Below, one piece after another: positions 39,822 to 50,307 of a stretch of DNA of 64,000 nt. The stretch is from Promethearchaeota archaeon. GTDB taxonomy: Archaea > Asgardarchaeota > Lokiarchaeia > Sigyniarchaeales > SOKP01. The notes under the pieces are model-generated. The model saw only the letters and a program-made list of their open reading frames with translations. It was not told where the DNA came from and did not search any database. Where the stretch lies: positions 32,001-96,000 of the forward strand of contig JBHLON010000003.1 in assembly GCA_048940445.1 (NCBI GenBank), in the 5' to 3' direction. How positions within the stretch are numbered: position 1 is the first letter of the stretch; each line of letters opens with the position of its first letter. The position numbers were made by a program, and so were the translations under genes.

Positions 39822-39996
39822 ATCAGTTTCGCTAATATAATTTTTTTTAGAACTAAAATATATTTTAAAGCTTTCCTTTATAAAGCTTTGTTTCAATTAT
39901 AGGGGTAAATTTTTATTCAGGTAAGCTAAAAATTGTTTGAAAGCTCTATTAATTCAAAAGCCATTATTGAAGCTAATTCCTAATGGTGTTATATTT

Positions 39997-40102
39997 CTAT
40001 ATAACATCAATAAACTTCCAGTGGTAGATTACCGAAAAGAAGTAATTCCTAATTCTTAATTAAATTACTTTAAAATCACGAAAGTTATTAAAAGACAATT
40101 TA
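39997..40102 (+). repeat. Direct repeat, copy 2 (orphan 3' end of the radical SAM gene)
   Basis: Encodes YNINKLPVVDYRKEVIPNS* vs YDINKLPAVDYRKEQIPNN* at the end of the 35910 gene. Confidence 0.85.
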
Positions 40103-40120
40103 AGGATATACTGAAAAATT

Positions 40121-41212
40121 TTATGTACAATTATCTTTAATTTCAAAATTCTTTTTTTTTATATAGATTATAATTACTATGATTGAAAGTGTACTAAATA
40201 AAAAGATTAAGCTATACCCTGAAATTAATGGTGTTGATACTTGATCATATGTACAATCTCCATTATTACTAAAAGAATTTCCTTGGCACCTTTCTTCAGA
40301 GATGCATTCATTATTTCCTATTAAAGTATTTCCCGAAACTATGTTAAAATCACTATATGATAAATATATTCCACGATCATTGTTATTGGCGGTGTTTCCC
40401 GAAATTATGTTAAAATCACTATAGGAGAAAAATAACCCACGATCATTATTATTGGCGGTGTTTCCCGAAATGATGTTATTATGACTAAGTCCTAAATATA
40501 TCCCCAGGCTATTGGAATTTACGATGTTTCCCGAAATGACATTGTCATAACAATTTATATGTAAATAGATTCCCCAATTAGTATTATTACTTACGATGTT
40601 TCCCGAAATAATGTTATTATTACAATTATCTAATTTTATCCCATAACCATTATTATTTGCAATGTTTCCTGACATAGTGATATTATTGCAATTTTCTAAA
40701 TAGAACCCATAACCATTATTATTCGCAATATTTCCTGACATGGTGATATTATTACAATTTTCTAAATAGAACCCATTAGCACTAAATATACAATAGTTAA
40801 TAACCAAATATCCTTCAATAACATTGTTCAGGTGAATACCTGAATTTGGATAAGGAAATCCTGCTGTGAGTGTACAATTTTCAATTTTAAAATAGACATC
40901 GGAATTCTCAATCAAAATACAAGTTCCTGATTCTCCACTATTTATTTCTAAATCCTCTATAACATAAGGCTCGGAATACGTACCATTTCCTGTACAGATT
41001 CCAGCAATCTTGGCAGTTGTCCAATTATTATTAATATGAATTTGTCCCGAAATTTTTGAAGGTTGCAAAATGTCAACATTTGAATTAAAATCATCATTAT
41101 AGCTTAAATTCTTGTTAGTACCTATAATATAACTAGAATTATTAAAAATTGATGGTAAAAAAGCAAAAATGAGTACTAAAATTATTAAGTTCGATTTTGT
41201 GTTTGATTTCAT
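40121..41212 (-). CDS. NosD-type beta-helix surface protein with Loki-CTERM-like anchor
   Basis: Paralog of the 37347 gene; ends ISGYSLIFLFSTLSIIVIIIYIKKK. Confidence 0.88.
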   Translation of the reverse strand: MKSNTKSNLIILVLIFAFLPSIFNNSSYIIGTNKNLSYNDDFNSNVDILQPSKISGQIHINNNWTTAKIAGICTGNGTYSEPYVIEDLEINSGESGTCILIENSDVYFKIENCTLTAGFPYPNSGIHLNNVIEGYLVINYCIFSANGFYLENCNNITMSGNIANNNGYGFYLENCNNITMSGNIANNNGYGIKLDNCNNNIISGNIVSNNTNWGIYLHINCYDNVISGNIVNSNSLGIYLGLSHNNIISGNTANNNDRGLFFSYSDFNIISGNTANNNDRGIYLSYSDFNIVSGNTLIGNNECISEERCQGNSFSNNGDCTYDQVSTPLISGYSLIFLFSTLSIIVIIIYIKKKNFEIKDNCT

Positions 41213-41457
41213 AATAATTTCGCCAATATTTTTTTAAGATTCAAGTAAGATCAAGGAAAATTTCTTTAATATAATTTTGTTTCAACTGTTACAAATTATT
41301 ATTTATGATTAATATCATTAGGTTATTCATCATTATTTCATATACTAAATTCAGTTTTAATAGAAGTCTTAGTGTTTCTCTGAGTTTGATACTAAGTTTT
41401 ATATAGAATAAGAGTATTATTTTTTTTTATTAAAAAATAGAATTAAATTGAAATCTA

Positions 41458-42723
41458 ATGCCAACCGAATTCGAGAAGAATTTAGAAAAATATGCCGAAG
41501 TCATATTAAAAGTTGGTTTGAATCTCCAACCTAAACAGCATTTACTGATTGGAGGACCTACTTCCTTCAGCGATGGCGTCCCTTTTGAAGTCGCTCCGTT
41601 AGTACGCATAATTGCAGAAAAAGCATATAGAATGGGGGCAAAACTTGTTGATGTAATATGGGCAGATGAGCAATTACGCATGATTCGACTTCAGAATAGT
41701 CCTAAAAAGTTACTTAGAGAATATCCAAAATGGAAAATAGATGCAAGATTTAATATTTCTCAGGCAGGTGATGCTAATCTTATATTTTTATGTCCAAACC
41801 CAAATTTATTGAAAAATGTGGATCCTAGTTCGATTTTAAAGTTTCAATTCTTCTTAAATAAACAACTTCAATCAGTTACTAAGCTTGTAGGAGCGAACGC
41901 ATTAAATTGGTCAATAATTTCAATACCAACGGCAGCCTGGGCAGAAAAACTATTTCCAAATATTAAATCAGAGGAAGCAACTCGGAAATTATGGGATATT
42001 ATTTTTGAAGTTTGTCGAGTAATTGAAGACGATCCTGTTTCTGCTTGGCAAACTCATATTGAAAATCTAAATAAACGTTGCAGTTATTTAAATAAGAAAC
42101 AATATAAAGCACTTAAATTAACCTCTCCTGAAACAGATCTAACAATTGGGATAGCAAAAGACCACATTTGGCATGGAGGAAATGAAATCTCGCAAAAAGG
42201 TATTAGCTTTACAGCAAATATGCCTACTGAAGAGATATTTACAATCCCGCATAAAGATAAAGTTGAAGGGGTCGTTAAAATCACTAAACCTTTAATTATT
42301 GAAGGACAACTTATTGAGGAGGCTACTTTTCAATTTTCAAATGGGGAAGTTATGAACGTAAATGCCAAATTTGGTGAGAATACTATAAATTCAATAATTA
42401 ATTTTGATGATGGAGCCCGAAGATTGGGAGAGATTGCTTTAGTACCTCATAGTTCCCCTGTGTCAAGGAAAGGGATGATTTTTTATAATGCATTAATCGA
42501 CGAGAATGCTTCAAACCACATTGCACTGGGTAGTGCATATCGTCCCTCTTTAAAAAATGGTAATGATATGACTGATGAAGAATTCACATCTGCTGGAGGA
42601 AATGACAGCATAATCCATCTTGATATGATGATTGGGTCAGGAGAGATGAATGTTGATGGAATTACAGAAGATGATAAGGTTGAAGCTATAATGCGAAATG
42701 GAGAATGGGCATTTGAAGTTTGA
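41458..42723 (+). CDS. M29 family aminopeptidase (AmpS/AmpT type)
   Basis: LEKYAEVILKVGLN, ANMPTEEIFT, LGEIALV, LIDENASNHIALG, NDSIIHLDMMIG. Confidence 0.93.
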   Translation: MPTEFEKNLEKYAEVILKVGLNLQPKQHLLIGGPTSFSDGVPFEVAPLVRIIAEKAYRMGAKLVDVIWADEQLRMIRLQNSPKKLLREYPKWKIDARFNISQAGDANLIFLCPNPNLLKNVDPSSILKFQFFLNKQLQSVTKLVGANALNWSIISIPTAAWAEKLFPNIKSEEATRKLWDIIFEVCRVIEDDPVSAWQTHIENLNKRCSYLNKKQYKALKLTSPETDLTIGIAKDHIWHGGNEISQKGISFTANMPTEEIFTIPHKDKVEGVVKITKPLIIEGQLIEEATFQFSNGEVMNVNAKFGENTINSIINFDDGARRLGEIALVPHSSPVSRKGMIFYNALIDENASNHIALGSAYRPSLKNGNDMTDEEFTSAGGNDSIIHLDMMIGSGEMNVDGITEDDKVEAIMRNGEWAFEV

Positions 42724-42847
42724 AAACCTCAAATCTTTTTATACAATTATGTAAAATTTTAAATGCTTTGTCATTAAATTGTACTCTATATTGAAATCTA
42801 ATTTAAAAAATGAATTAAAAATCAAATTATATAGGTGATAAATAGAA

Positions 42848-43162
42848 ATGATGTTCATTACATATTGGGAGATAAATCCAGATTTCGATCCAGCAGAATT
42901 GGCTGAAATAGCTCAAGAACTTATAAGCAAAAAGGTTTATCCTGCAGAAGGAATTAAAGAGCATGCATTTTATATTAGTACATCAGATTATTGGGGTATT
43001 GGTATAGATGAGGCTGAAAGTGAAGAAGCATTAGCCAGGAATGTTAATATGTGGAGAATAGCTAAACCCGGCTTTATTAAATTTATAAAATCCACTCCTG
43101 CTATGGAAGTTGTTAAAGTACTCCCGGTATTGGTAAAATTGAAAAAACAAATAAAAGGGTAA
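42848..43162 (+). CDS. DUF3303-like small protein
   Basis: MMFITYWEI start, PAEGIK, TPAME; GGTGA SD. Confidence 0.65.
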   Translation: MMFITYWEINPDFDPAELAEIAQELISKKVYPAEGIKEHAFYISTSDYWGIGIDEAESEEALARNVNMWRIAKPGFIKFIKSTPAMEVVKVLPVLVKLKKQIKG

Positions 43163-43270
43163 TAATATAGAGACTCTGTATCGTTCTGAAAAATCTTAAC
43201 CCTTTAAATTCAACTTTTTTTCTTTATTCTGTTTATAAGAGTATTATTTAGATTTTTATGCATTTAGCAA

Positions 43271-43573
43271 TCAATCGCTACTTTTAGAGAGCAATATATG
43301 ATTATCATAAACATCATAAAGCAGCTCAAAGAATTTGAAAAAATTAAGAACTTGATATTTTTTCGGTGATTTAGCTTCAAATCTTTTTATAACTTTATGT
43401 TTTTCAAGGTAATGTAAGGATCTCCAATAAAAATTAATTTTGGAGTGATCTAATGGGTCAATCTTATATAATTTTCTTATTTTTTTTACAGATATAAGTG
43501 AATTATATTTGGATTTCGTTATAGTTCCTATGGCACGAATAGTTTCATCTAGGTATTTTTCTGGTATTTTCAT
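43271..43573 (-). CDS. Hypothetical basic protein (wHTH-like)
   Basis: 100-aa ORF, basic, FYWRSL..LEK..VI.....SPKKY pattern. Confidence 0.65.
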   Translation of the reverse strand: MKIPEKYLDETIRAIGTITKSKYNSLISVKKIRKLYKIDPLDHSKINFYWRSLHYLEKHKVIKRFEAKSPKKYQVLNFFKFFELLYDVYDNHILLSKSSD

Positions 43574-43600
43574 TAATCCCCATCGATACTTTTTATGTTT

Positions 43601-44809
43601 TCATTGATTATAAATATTTTTCCTTTGACTTGATTTCGTAAGCAATTTCCTACATATTAGATAAATTGATATTAAACCAATTATTCCCAGTAGGATAATT
43701 ATATCATAACCAGGAATCCTTCTGAGAAATGTGAATGGTGGTAATTCGGAAGGAGGATTTACAATTAATGTAATTACATACGTTTCAAAAGTATAATCAT
43801 CTCCTGCGAAAGCCAATATTGATATGCTATAAACTCCTTCTTGGACATTTGACAAAATTGCTTCATATATTCCATCAGAATCTATATCTTCAAGTTCTTC
43901 CTGTCCATAAACCCAAAGATATGTTACTGTAGCATCTTTAATAGTATTATTTTGAGGATCTTTTAAAATAATTTTTAATAACACATCTTCTCCACTAAGA
44001 ACTTCTATATGAGGCCCTCCATCTTCTCGATAAATGGTTCCAATTATTTTATAAATATCAATTCTTAAATTCATAATGTTAATTAAATAATTTGGGGCTT
44101 GAGCAATAATTGCAAAAAAATTAATTCCAAGCGATAGATTGGTTGTATTGAGAAGGAGATTATATTGTTCTAAGATAGAACTTTCTGTTAGATTTAAAGT
44201 TAGCCCGTCACCTATTAATTGAATCGTTGCATTTGTAATATGAAGTCCAGTTTGACTATCTCTATATTTCATGGTTATATTTAGAATATTTCTTATGGTA
44301 GTTTCAACAAAAGGATCAAGAGTTTTATTAACGCTATCTACAAATAAGTCTAATTGAGATTCTTTTTCGACTAATTCAACGAAAAATTGAATACTTTGAG
44401 GTTGGTAATTTTCTTTTTCAGCAAATATGGTTAATATAGTAATACCTTGCTCTAGATCATATCCTTTTATTGTAATGTTGTAAGATTGATGGCTATTTTC
44501 ACTTAAATTAGACCACCCAATTAATATTACTGTTGCATTAGGGATGTGTGTTCCATTTTCAAGATTTCTGTAGAATACTGTAACATTTAAAACATCATCA
44601 CTTCTAATTTGAATCATTTCTCCACCATTTCTATGAACTCCATTAATAAATAACTCTAAAGAAGAGTTGTTTGAAGATTCTAAGTGATGGTTAACTTGAC
44701 TACCACATATAGAATTAGAGCCCCAGATTAAAACTGACATATCTGGAGATAAAGGTGCATATGAAATTATAATGAGAGGAATTATTAAGGTTAATGTTGT
44801 TATTCTCAT
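43601..44809 (-). CDS. Secreted Ig-like repeat protein with Loki-CTERM anchor
   Basis: Signal peptide, repeated LNITxxY...I.NAT modules, C-terminal IPGYDIIILLGIIGLISIYLICRK. Confidence 0.8.
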   Translation of the reverse strand: MRITTLTLIIPLIIISYAPLSPDMSVLIWGSNSICGSQVNHHLESSNNSSLELFINGVHRNGGEMIQIRSDDVLNVTVFYRNLENGTHIPNATVILIGWSNLSENSHQSYNITIKGYDLEQGITILTIFAEKENYQPQSIQFFVELVEKESQLDLFVDSVNKTLDPFVETTIRNILNITMKYRDSQTGLHITNATIQLIGDGLTLNLTESSILEQYNLLLNTTNLSLGINFFAIIAQAPNYLINIMNLRIDIYKIIGTIYREDGGPHIEVLSGEDVLLKIILKDPQNNTIKDATVTYLWVYGQEELEDIDSDGIYEAILSNVQEGVYSISILAFAGDDYTFETYVITLIVNPPSELPPFTFLRRIPGYDIIILLGIIGLISIYLICRKLLTKSSQRKNIYNQ

Positions 44810-45141
44810 TTTTTTTTTACTTATTTAATTTCGTCTGGGATTTAAATAGGATATTTTTAATTATATATGTTTTTATAAGTAAGAGTAGAATAAGCTAGGC
44901 TTTTTTATATTTGAAAATTTAAATCCTTCCCTATAAAATATAATGATAGGATTTTAAATGCTTTTTCTTGGACTGATTGATTTATCACATATACCAGTAT
45001 CTGGTATTTTTACTCTTGTTTTAAACTTAATTGCTGCAATAATTATTTCAATAAATGATATTACTTTTCGGGCTGAATAATTGGGATAATAATATTAAAT
45101 ATGAATAGTTATTCTCTTTTCTATTTCATTTTCGCGCATTT

Positions 45142-45540
45142 TTACATAACATATAATAATATAATGGTACACGCTGTAATTGTAAATACTATACAGCAGC
45201 TTATCATAATTACTTTTTGTAATTTAGTATACAATTTCTTTTTACAAAAAGGACATCTAACCCCACGCATCATTGTTGGGTCCCCTATCAGCCATCCTAT
45301 TGTGTGTTTCAGAGAATAAGGCTCTCTTTCAGGGACGACATCCTTCTTGCATCTTTTGCAATATATCAATTGTTGAGTGATGTTTTTATATAATTTTTCC
45401 TTATCAAAGGCATGATTAGGTGGGGTTTTCTCCACTGTTTCGTGAGTCATCAATTTATTATAACAAATGGAGCAAAGTCCATTATATTTCTCGCTAGTCT
45501 TATTTGAGGTTTGGATTCCACATTTAACACAGGCGGGCAT
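45142..45540 (-). CDS. Double zinc-ribbon tail-anchored protein
   Basis: CVKC/CSIC and CKRC/CPFC pairs, C-terminal TM; start MPAC preferred over track start 45582. Confidence 0.7.
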   Translation of the reverse strand: MPACVKCGIQTSNKTSEKYNGLCSICYNKLMTHETVEKTPPNHAFDKEKLYKNITQQLIYCKRCKKDVVPEREPYSLKHTIGWLIGDPTMMRGVRCPFCKKKLYTKLQKVIMISCCIVFTITACTIILLYVM

Positions 45541-45772
45541 GATAATAAAAATTGCATTAAAATATTTATTGTATAATAACATCGATAATTATACATTTAA
45601 GTCTTTCGAGAAGAAAACCTAGAATTGATGCTATTTATGTTTTTACAAAATTTCTTTCTAATCCCTTTCTTAAATTTTAAATTCTTAATCTTTAAAAATT
45701 TAAATTTGTTAAACTATTTAACTTTGAAATTAAAATGTACTTAGAAGTAGAAAGATTAAGGAATTTAATTGA

Positions 45773-46564
45773 GTGGAAAGATTGAATATTGACCAAATAA
45801 TGGAAGGATACCAAAATGTTGGAGGATTTAAATTATATTTTAAAAGAACTATTAATGGGAGCCCTACTGTGATTTTTGACTCCGGTTTAGGTGATGATAT
45901 AACATCTTGGGAAAAAATCTTTCCTTATATTGCATCTCGAACCTCAGCACTAGTATATGATAGAGCTGGAATTGGCAAGTCAGATTTTAGTTTGTATTCT
46001 CGTAGTGCTGAACAAGTAGCTCAAGAATTACATACTTTATTAAAAGAGTTAAAAATAAATCCTCCTTATATTTTGGTAGGACATTCTCTTGGAGGTTGGC
46101 ATATTCGTGTTTTCGCTGGACTTTATCCTAAAGAAGTATGTGGATTATTACTTATTGATCCGCAAGAGATTAGTTTCTACAAAGAATGGAAACGTATGTA
46201 CCCTAAACATTTTGAATATGAATATCAGACATGGCTTGAATATTTTAATAATTCGCCTCAAGGGGAAAAATTAGAGTGGGAAATATTAAAAAACAGAATT
46301 GAAGCTCCTTCTAACCCTACTCCAACTTTAGTTGATGTACCAACGATTTTAATCACAAGTATACAAAAAGAAGAACTGCCAACTGAAGAAGGATTCAATC
46401 CCGAGATCCGTAAATTAAAATTTGAAATATCCTCAAAATGGATGTCTAGATTAAATAAAGCTACTAATATTCTTAAGGCTGATGTTGGACATTATATTCA
46501 TAAAGAGGATCCCGCCTTAATTCGTAGGCTAATAGATTACTTAATTGATATAAATAGAGAATGA
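45773..46564 (+). CDS. Alpha/beta hydrolase
   Basis: YDRAGIGKS, GHSLGG nucleophile elbow, GHYIH. Confidence 0.92.
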   Translation: MERLNIDQIMEGYQNVGGFKLYFKRTINGSPTVIFDSGLGDDITSWEKIFPYIASRTSALVYDRAGIGKSDFSLYSRSAEQVAQELHTLLKELKINPPYILVGHSLGGWHIRVFAGLYPKEVCGLLLIDPQEISFYKEWKRMYPKHFEYEYQTWLEYFNNSPQGEKLEWEILKNRIEAPSNPTPTLVDVPTILITSIQKEELPTEEGFNPEIRKLKFEISSKWMSRLNKATNILKADVGHYIHKEDPALIRRLIDYLIDINRE

Positions 46565-46772
46565 AAAGATGATTATACTATTCCAAACCAATCTGTATAG
46601 TAATTTATAACTTCGACAAATGGAATATTCTCTTTTTTAATTTTTTCTATGTCTCGTAGAGCAATAAATTCAAGATCCGTAGTCTCAATGCTATGAAATA
46701 ATGCCATAAAAAAATAAGTTTTATCACAATGATTAAAAAATTCTCTTTTTGAACAAACATTCATTTTTTTTT

Positions 46773-47765
46773 TTACTCTCCAGGGTATTTAAAATTCCAT
46801 TGAGAGCGTAAAGTATCCATCGTTTTCATGATTTCCAGAGTTTCATTTAAAGGCATGGTTTCACTTTCGAGTTTACCAGTTATTAAGCAATTATTTACTT
46901 CCATCGCTTCATAGTTATATCCTGGATATTTAAAAGGTACTTTGATTGTTTTTTTCAGTTTACCTTCCAATTTTAAAATAAACTTTGATGGATGGTAAAA
47001 ATTGGGAATTCCTATATAACCTTTCGTACCAAATATAAAGGCTTCGTGCGGCATAATCATTCTGTTTGAAGCAGAAAGCATCGCAGTCTGTCCTTTTTTA
47101 TATTCAAATAAATAACAAGATTTTTCGTCCACTCCCGTTTCTCCAATATATGCGCTGCTTCTTACTTTATATGGAGTTTCTTTATAGATCATACTTGCAA
47201 AAGAAATAGGGTAAATTCCTAAATCTAACAATGCGCCTCCTCCCAATTCAGGATTAAATGATCGTTCTTTGGGGTTAAACTCTTGCTTAATTCCAAAATC
47301 AGCTCTAAAATGTTGAATTTTTCCTAATATTTTCTTATCCAAATATTCATTTAATTTTAAAATACAAGGTAAAAATCTTGACCACATCGCCTCCATCAAA
47401 AATAAATTATTATTACGGGCAGTTTCTATTAACTCTTCTGCTTGTTTAGAATTCAATGTAAAAGGTTTTTCACAAAGAACTGGCTTTCCATGATTTAAAC
47501 ACAATGAGGCATTTTCATAATGAAAATTGTTAGTCGTAGCAATATATATCACATCAACAGCAGAATTATTCACTAATTTTTCATAATTATCATAAATACT
47601 TTTCACATGAAAAATTTTACCAAGACGTTCAGCTTTCCCTTCAGTTTTAGATGCAACAGCTTCTAGTATTGTATTAGGAAGAGCTTTTAATCCTTCAGCA
47701 AACATATGTGAAATGTTTCCACAACCTAAGATTCCCCATCTTACTGTTTTTCTCATACTATTCAA
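46773..47765 (-). CDS. Gfo/Idh/MocA oxidoreductase
   Basis: WGILGCGNI, CEKPF, MEAMWSRF, GGGALLDLGIY. Confidence 0.93.
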   Translation of the reverse strand: MNSMRKTVRWGILGCGNISHMFAEGLKALPNTILEAVASKTEGKAERLGKIFHVKSIYDNYEKLVNNSAVDVIYIATTNNFHYENASLCLNHGKPVLCEKPFTLNSKQAEELIETARNNNLFLMEAMWSRFLPCILKLNEYLDKKILGKIQHFRADFGIKQEFNPKERSFNPELGGGALLDLGIYPISFASMIYKETPYKVRSSAYIGETGVDEKSCYLFEYKKGQTAMLSASNRMIMPHEAFIFGTKGYIGIPNFYHPSKFILKLEGKLKKTIKVPFKYPGYNYEAMEVNNCLITGKLESETMPLNETLEIMKTMDTLRSQWNFKYPGE

Positions 47766-47801
47766 TTATAAGTTTAATTTTAAAATTCTTTTGAATCTCT
47801 C

Positions 47802-49022
47802 TTAATCCACGCGTTCTGTGTCTTTCTTAAGATTTTTCTTAAAATGAATTTTTTCAATAACAAAATGACTCAATAAATAGCATAACATAACCGTTAAAAG
47901 AAATATAATAGCAAGTTTTATAATAGGATAAAGGCTTACAGATGCAAATCCAAGTGATATGGCGACAAGGATAGGTGGATGAACGAGATACATATGATAT
48001 GCACTAGCGGACAAGTTCCGTAATATAGGTTCCTGTTTATTGAATTTTGCATAAAAAACTTTTATTAAAACAAAAATTACTCCCATGCAAATGATATTAT
48101 CTACTAAAGCAAATATAAGAGCATGTAAATTATTCCCTCCTGTAAAATCGATAAGATTAACATTAATTACTATAGCTATAAAAAAATCGATATAAATTGC
48201 CACAAGTGAAATGATTATTGTAATTAACCAGATTTTTACATGTTTTTTAGACATTTTTTCGAACCACAAATACCTAATACATATAATACCGATGCTGAAC
48301 ATCATTAGATACTGAATGAGTTGCCCCCATGGTATTTCTAAAGGGCGTTGATCTATAGGTAAGAATATACGGATTAAAAAAGTAAGAAATCCTAATCCAA
48401 TAGCTAAAAGGAGGAGAGAACAATATCTTGGGATGGAAAATAGCTTTGGAACTTTTTTCTGTATGGCCTTTAGTTTAGTTATTTGACGCCAGAAAGTATA
48501 AACCGCAGTGAAGATTAGTAAAACCTTAAGAAACCACATAGGTCCTGCAAACGATAGAAATTCAATAAATGTTTCCCATGATACAAATCTACTTAAATAA
48601 TATTCTAGAAACGTTCCTTGCAACATAGGGTTAGTATTCCAAGGAGAAATTCCTAATTTAGCTAGAACATATATCATAAGAGGATTAATTAATATAGTAT
48701 ATAGAAGGAGAGGGATACCAAGACGAATTAGTCGTTCTTTCCAGAATCTACGAACCCCTTTTCGATCATAACTTTTTGGAGTAAAATATCCCCCCAATAA
48801 AAAGAATAATCCTAAGAGTGAAGTTTGAAACACACCTCCAATTGAGGTTAAAAGTAAAAAGAATATATAACTGAAAGGATCTTCTGGATTAGACTCTTTA
48901 TAATACCACCAACCCACCTCACCATAAGTGACCGTCACGTGCCAAAAAATCACTAGAATAGTAAAAAGGACCTTTATATTATCAAGGAAGAGATACCGGA
49001 TCTTTTGAAATTCTGTTTTCAT
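47802..49022 (-). CDS. Acyltransferase family 3 (OpgC-like)
   Basis: R.LFLDNIK....LVIFWH, LFFLLGGYF, ERLIRLGIP, GPMWFL, Y.MYLVH. Confidence 0.9.
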   Translation of the reverse strand: MKTEFQKIRYLFLDNIKVLFTILVIFWHVTVTYGEVGWWYYKESNPEDPFSYIFFLLLTSIGGVFQTSLLGLFFLLGGYFTPKSYDRKGVRRFWKERLIRLGIPLLLYTILINPLMIYVLAKLGISPWNTNPMLQGTFLEYYLSRFVSWETFIEFLSFAGPMWFLKVLLIFTAVYTFWRQITKLKAIQKKVPKLFSIPRYCSLLLLAIGLGFLTFLIRIFLPIDQRPLEIPWGQLIQYLMMFSIGIICIRYLWFEKMSKKHVKIWLITIIISLVAIYIDFFIAIVINVNLIDFTGGNNLHALIFALVDNIICMGVIFVLIKVFYAKFNKQEPILRNLSASAYHMYLVHPPILVAISLGFASVSLYPIIKLAIIFLLTVMLCYLLSHFVIEKIHFKKNLKKDTERVD

Positions 49023-49300
49023 GGGAATGGAACATCTTATTTTTCAATTAATTATATAAGGGTGTTGATTTCTAATATAAAGTTGATCTTTTTTCAATAC
49101 CTTTGAATTTTCTAATTACCAAATGATTTCTCTTCTCAAATGAATATCATAATTAGTCTTTAGATCAAGTCTTCAAATTCTTAGGAAATTAAATTCTGAA
49201 TTTTAATTATCTTATTAATTAAATAGTTCTACTCTTTAAATAGAATGATTAACTATATTGCAGAAATTCAATAATTAAAATAGTAAAAATGTGATATTAA

Positions 49301-49615
49301 TTGCCAAAATGCCCATATTGTAAAAATGAACTCGAAGTAAAAATTGAAATAAACTCTGCACCTATCAATGATAAGTTTAGAGATGATATATTAAAAGTTT
49401 ACGAGGCTTTCATAGAAATTCAAGCTGAGATTGCCCCATTTGGGGGAAAGATGCTAAAAAGTATGGCAAAATGGGGTCTGAAGTTTGTTGATAAATACTT
49501 AGATCGGATTGGGGCCATGCCCTTAATATGGCACTCTTGTTCAAAATGTGATTCTGTAATATCATCCGAATCCTTAGTTGATTTGATGTCTTCAAGGACG
49601 TCAGGCTCATCATAA
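49301..49615 (+). CDS. Small zinc-ribbon protein
   Basis: CPYC...CSKC around a helical insert; TTG start. Confidence 0.7.
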   Translation: MPKCPYCKNELEVKIEINSAPINDKFRDDILKVYEAFIEIQAEIAPFGGKMLKSMAKWGLKFVDKYLDRIGAMPLIWHSCSKCDSVISSESLVDLMSSRTSGSS

Positions 49616-49749
49616 AAAGAATTACAATTTAATTCCAGTAAAATGGAATTTTAATTTTTTTTATTATTTTTTCCAGAAAAAAATATATTAATTTGTACTT
49701 ACTTCTCTCTGTAATTAATCCTTAATATTTCTTTTAAAACATTAAAACT

Positions 49750-50265
49750 ATGGTCCGAATAGTCGAGGTTTCACCACATAATCGAAAATGGAAAAAGAAG
49801 TTTGACTTGGAGGCTAGAATTATTAAATCAATTTTTAACAAAGAAATATTAGCCATCCATCATATAGGCAGTACTGCTATACCTGAAATTAGTACCAAAC
49901 CTATCATTGATATTTTAGTTGAGGTTTGTAACATAGATGTAATAGATAACTATAATGCTAAAATGATTACTCAGGGTTATATTCCAAAAGGAGAGTCTGG
50001 TATCCCTAGAAGAAGATTATTTATCAAAGGTAGTGAAGAATTAAGAACATTTCATATTCATATCTTCGAAAAAGATAATTCTGAAATAACTCGTCTTCTA
50101 AATTTCAGAGATTATTTGAAAGCTCATCCTAAAGAAGCACAAAAATATAGTAAATTAAAAGAAAGACTCGCGCGAGAATATTCAGAAAATATTGATGGTT
50201 ATTTAAAGGGAAAAGATAATTTTATTAAAAAAATTGATAAAAAAGCTAAAGATTGGAGATGTTAA
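49750..50265 (+). CDS. GrpB family nucleotidyltransferase-fold protein
   Basis: HHIGSTAIP...KPIIDI, HIHI, FRDYL, Y..LK..LA. Confidence 0.92.
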   Translation: MVRIVEVSPHNRKWKKKFDLEARIIKSIFNKEILAIHHIGSTAIPEISTKPIIDILVEVCNIDVIDNYNAKMITQGYIPKGESGIPRRRLFIKGSEELRTFHIHIFEKDNSEITRLLNFRDYLKAHPKEAQKYSKLKERLAREYSENIDGYLKGKDNFIKKIDKKAKDWRC

Positions 50266-50307
50266 ATAATTTTTAATAGAAATTAGATTCTGAATTTACA
50301 TTTGAAA

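Noticed and set aside
37600-40800. Regular repeats as a CRISPR array
   Set aside because: Repeats are in-frame coding units of NosD beta-helix proteins; no unique spacers and no cas genes
44958-45080. 40-codon hydrophobic ORF (MLFLGLIDLSH...)
   Set aside because: Short, preceded by an in-frame stop, no recognisable family; possibly a relic
46573-46764. 63-aa ORF downstream of the Gfo/Idh/MocA gene
   Set aside because: No recognisable motif; may be a gene fragment and cannot be supported
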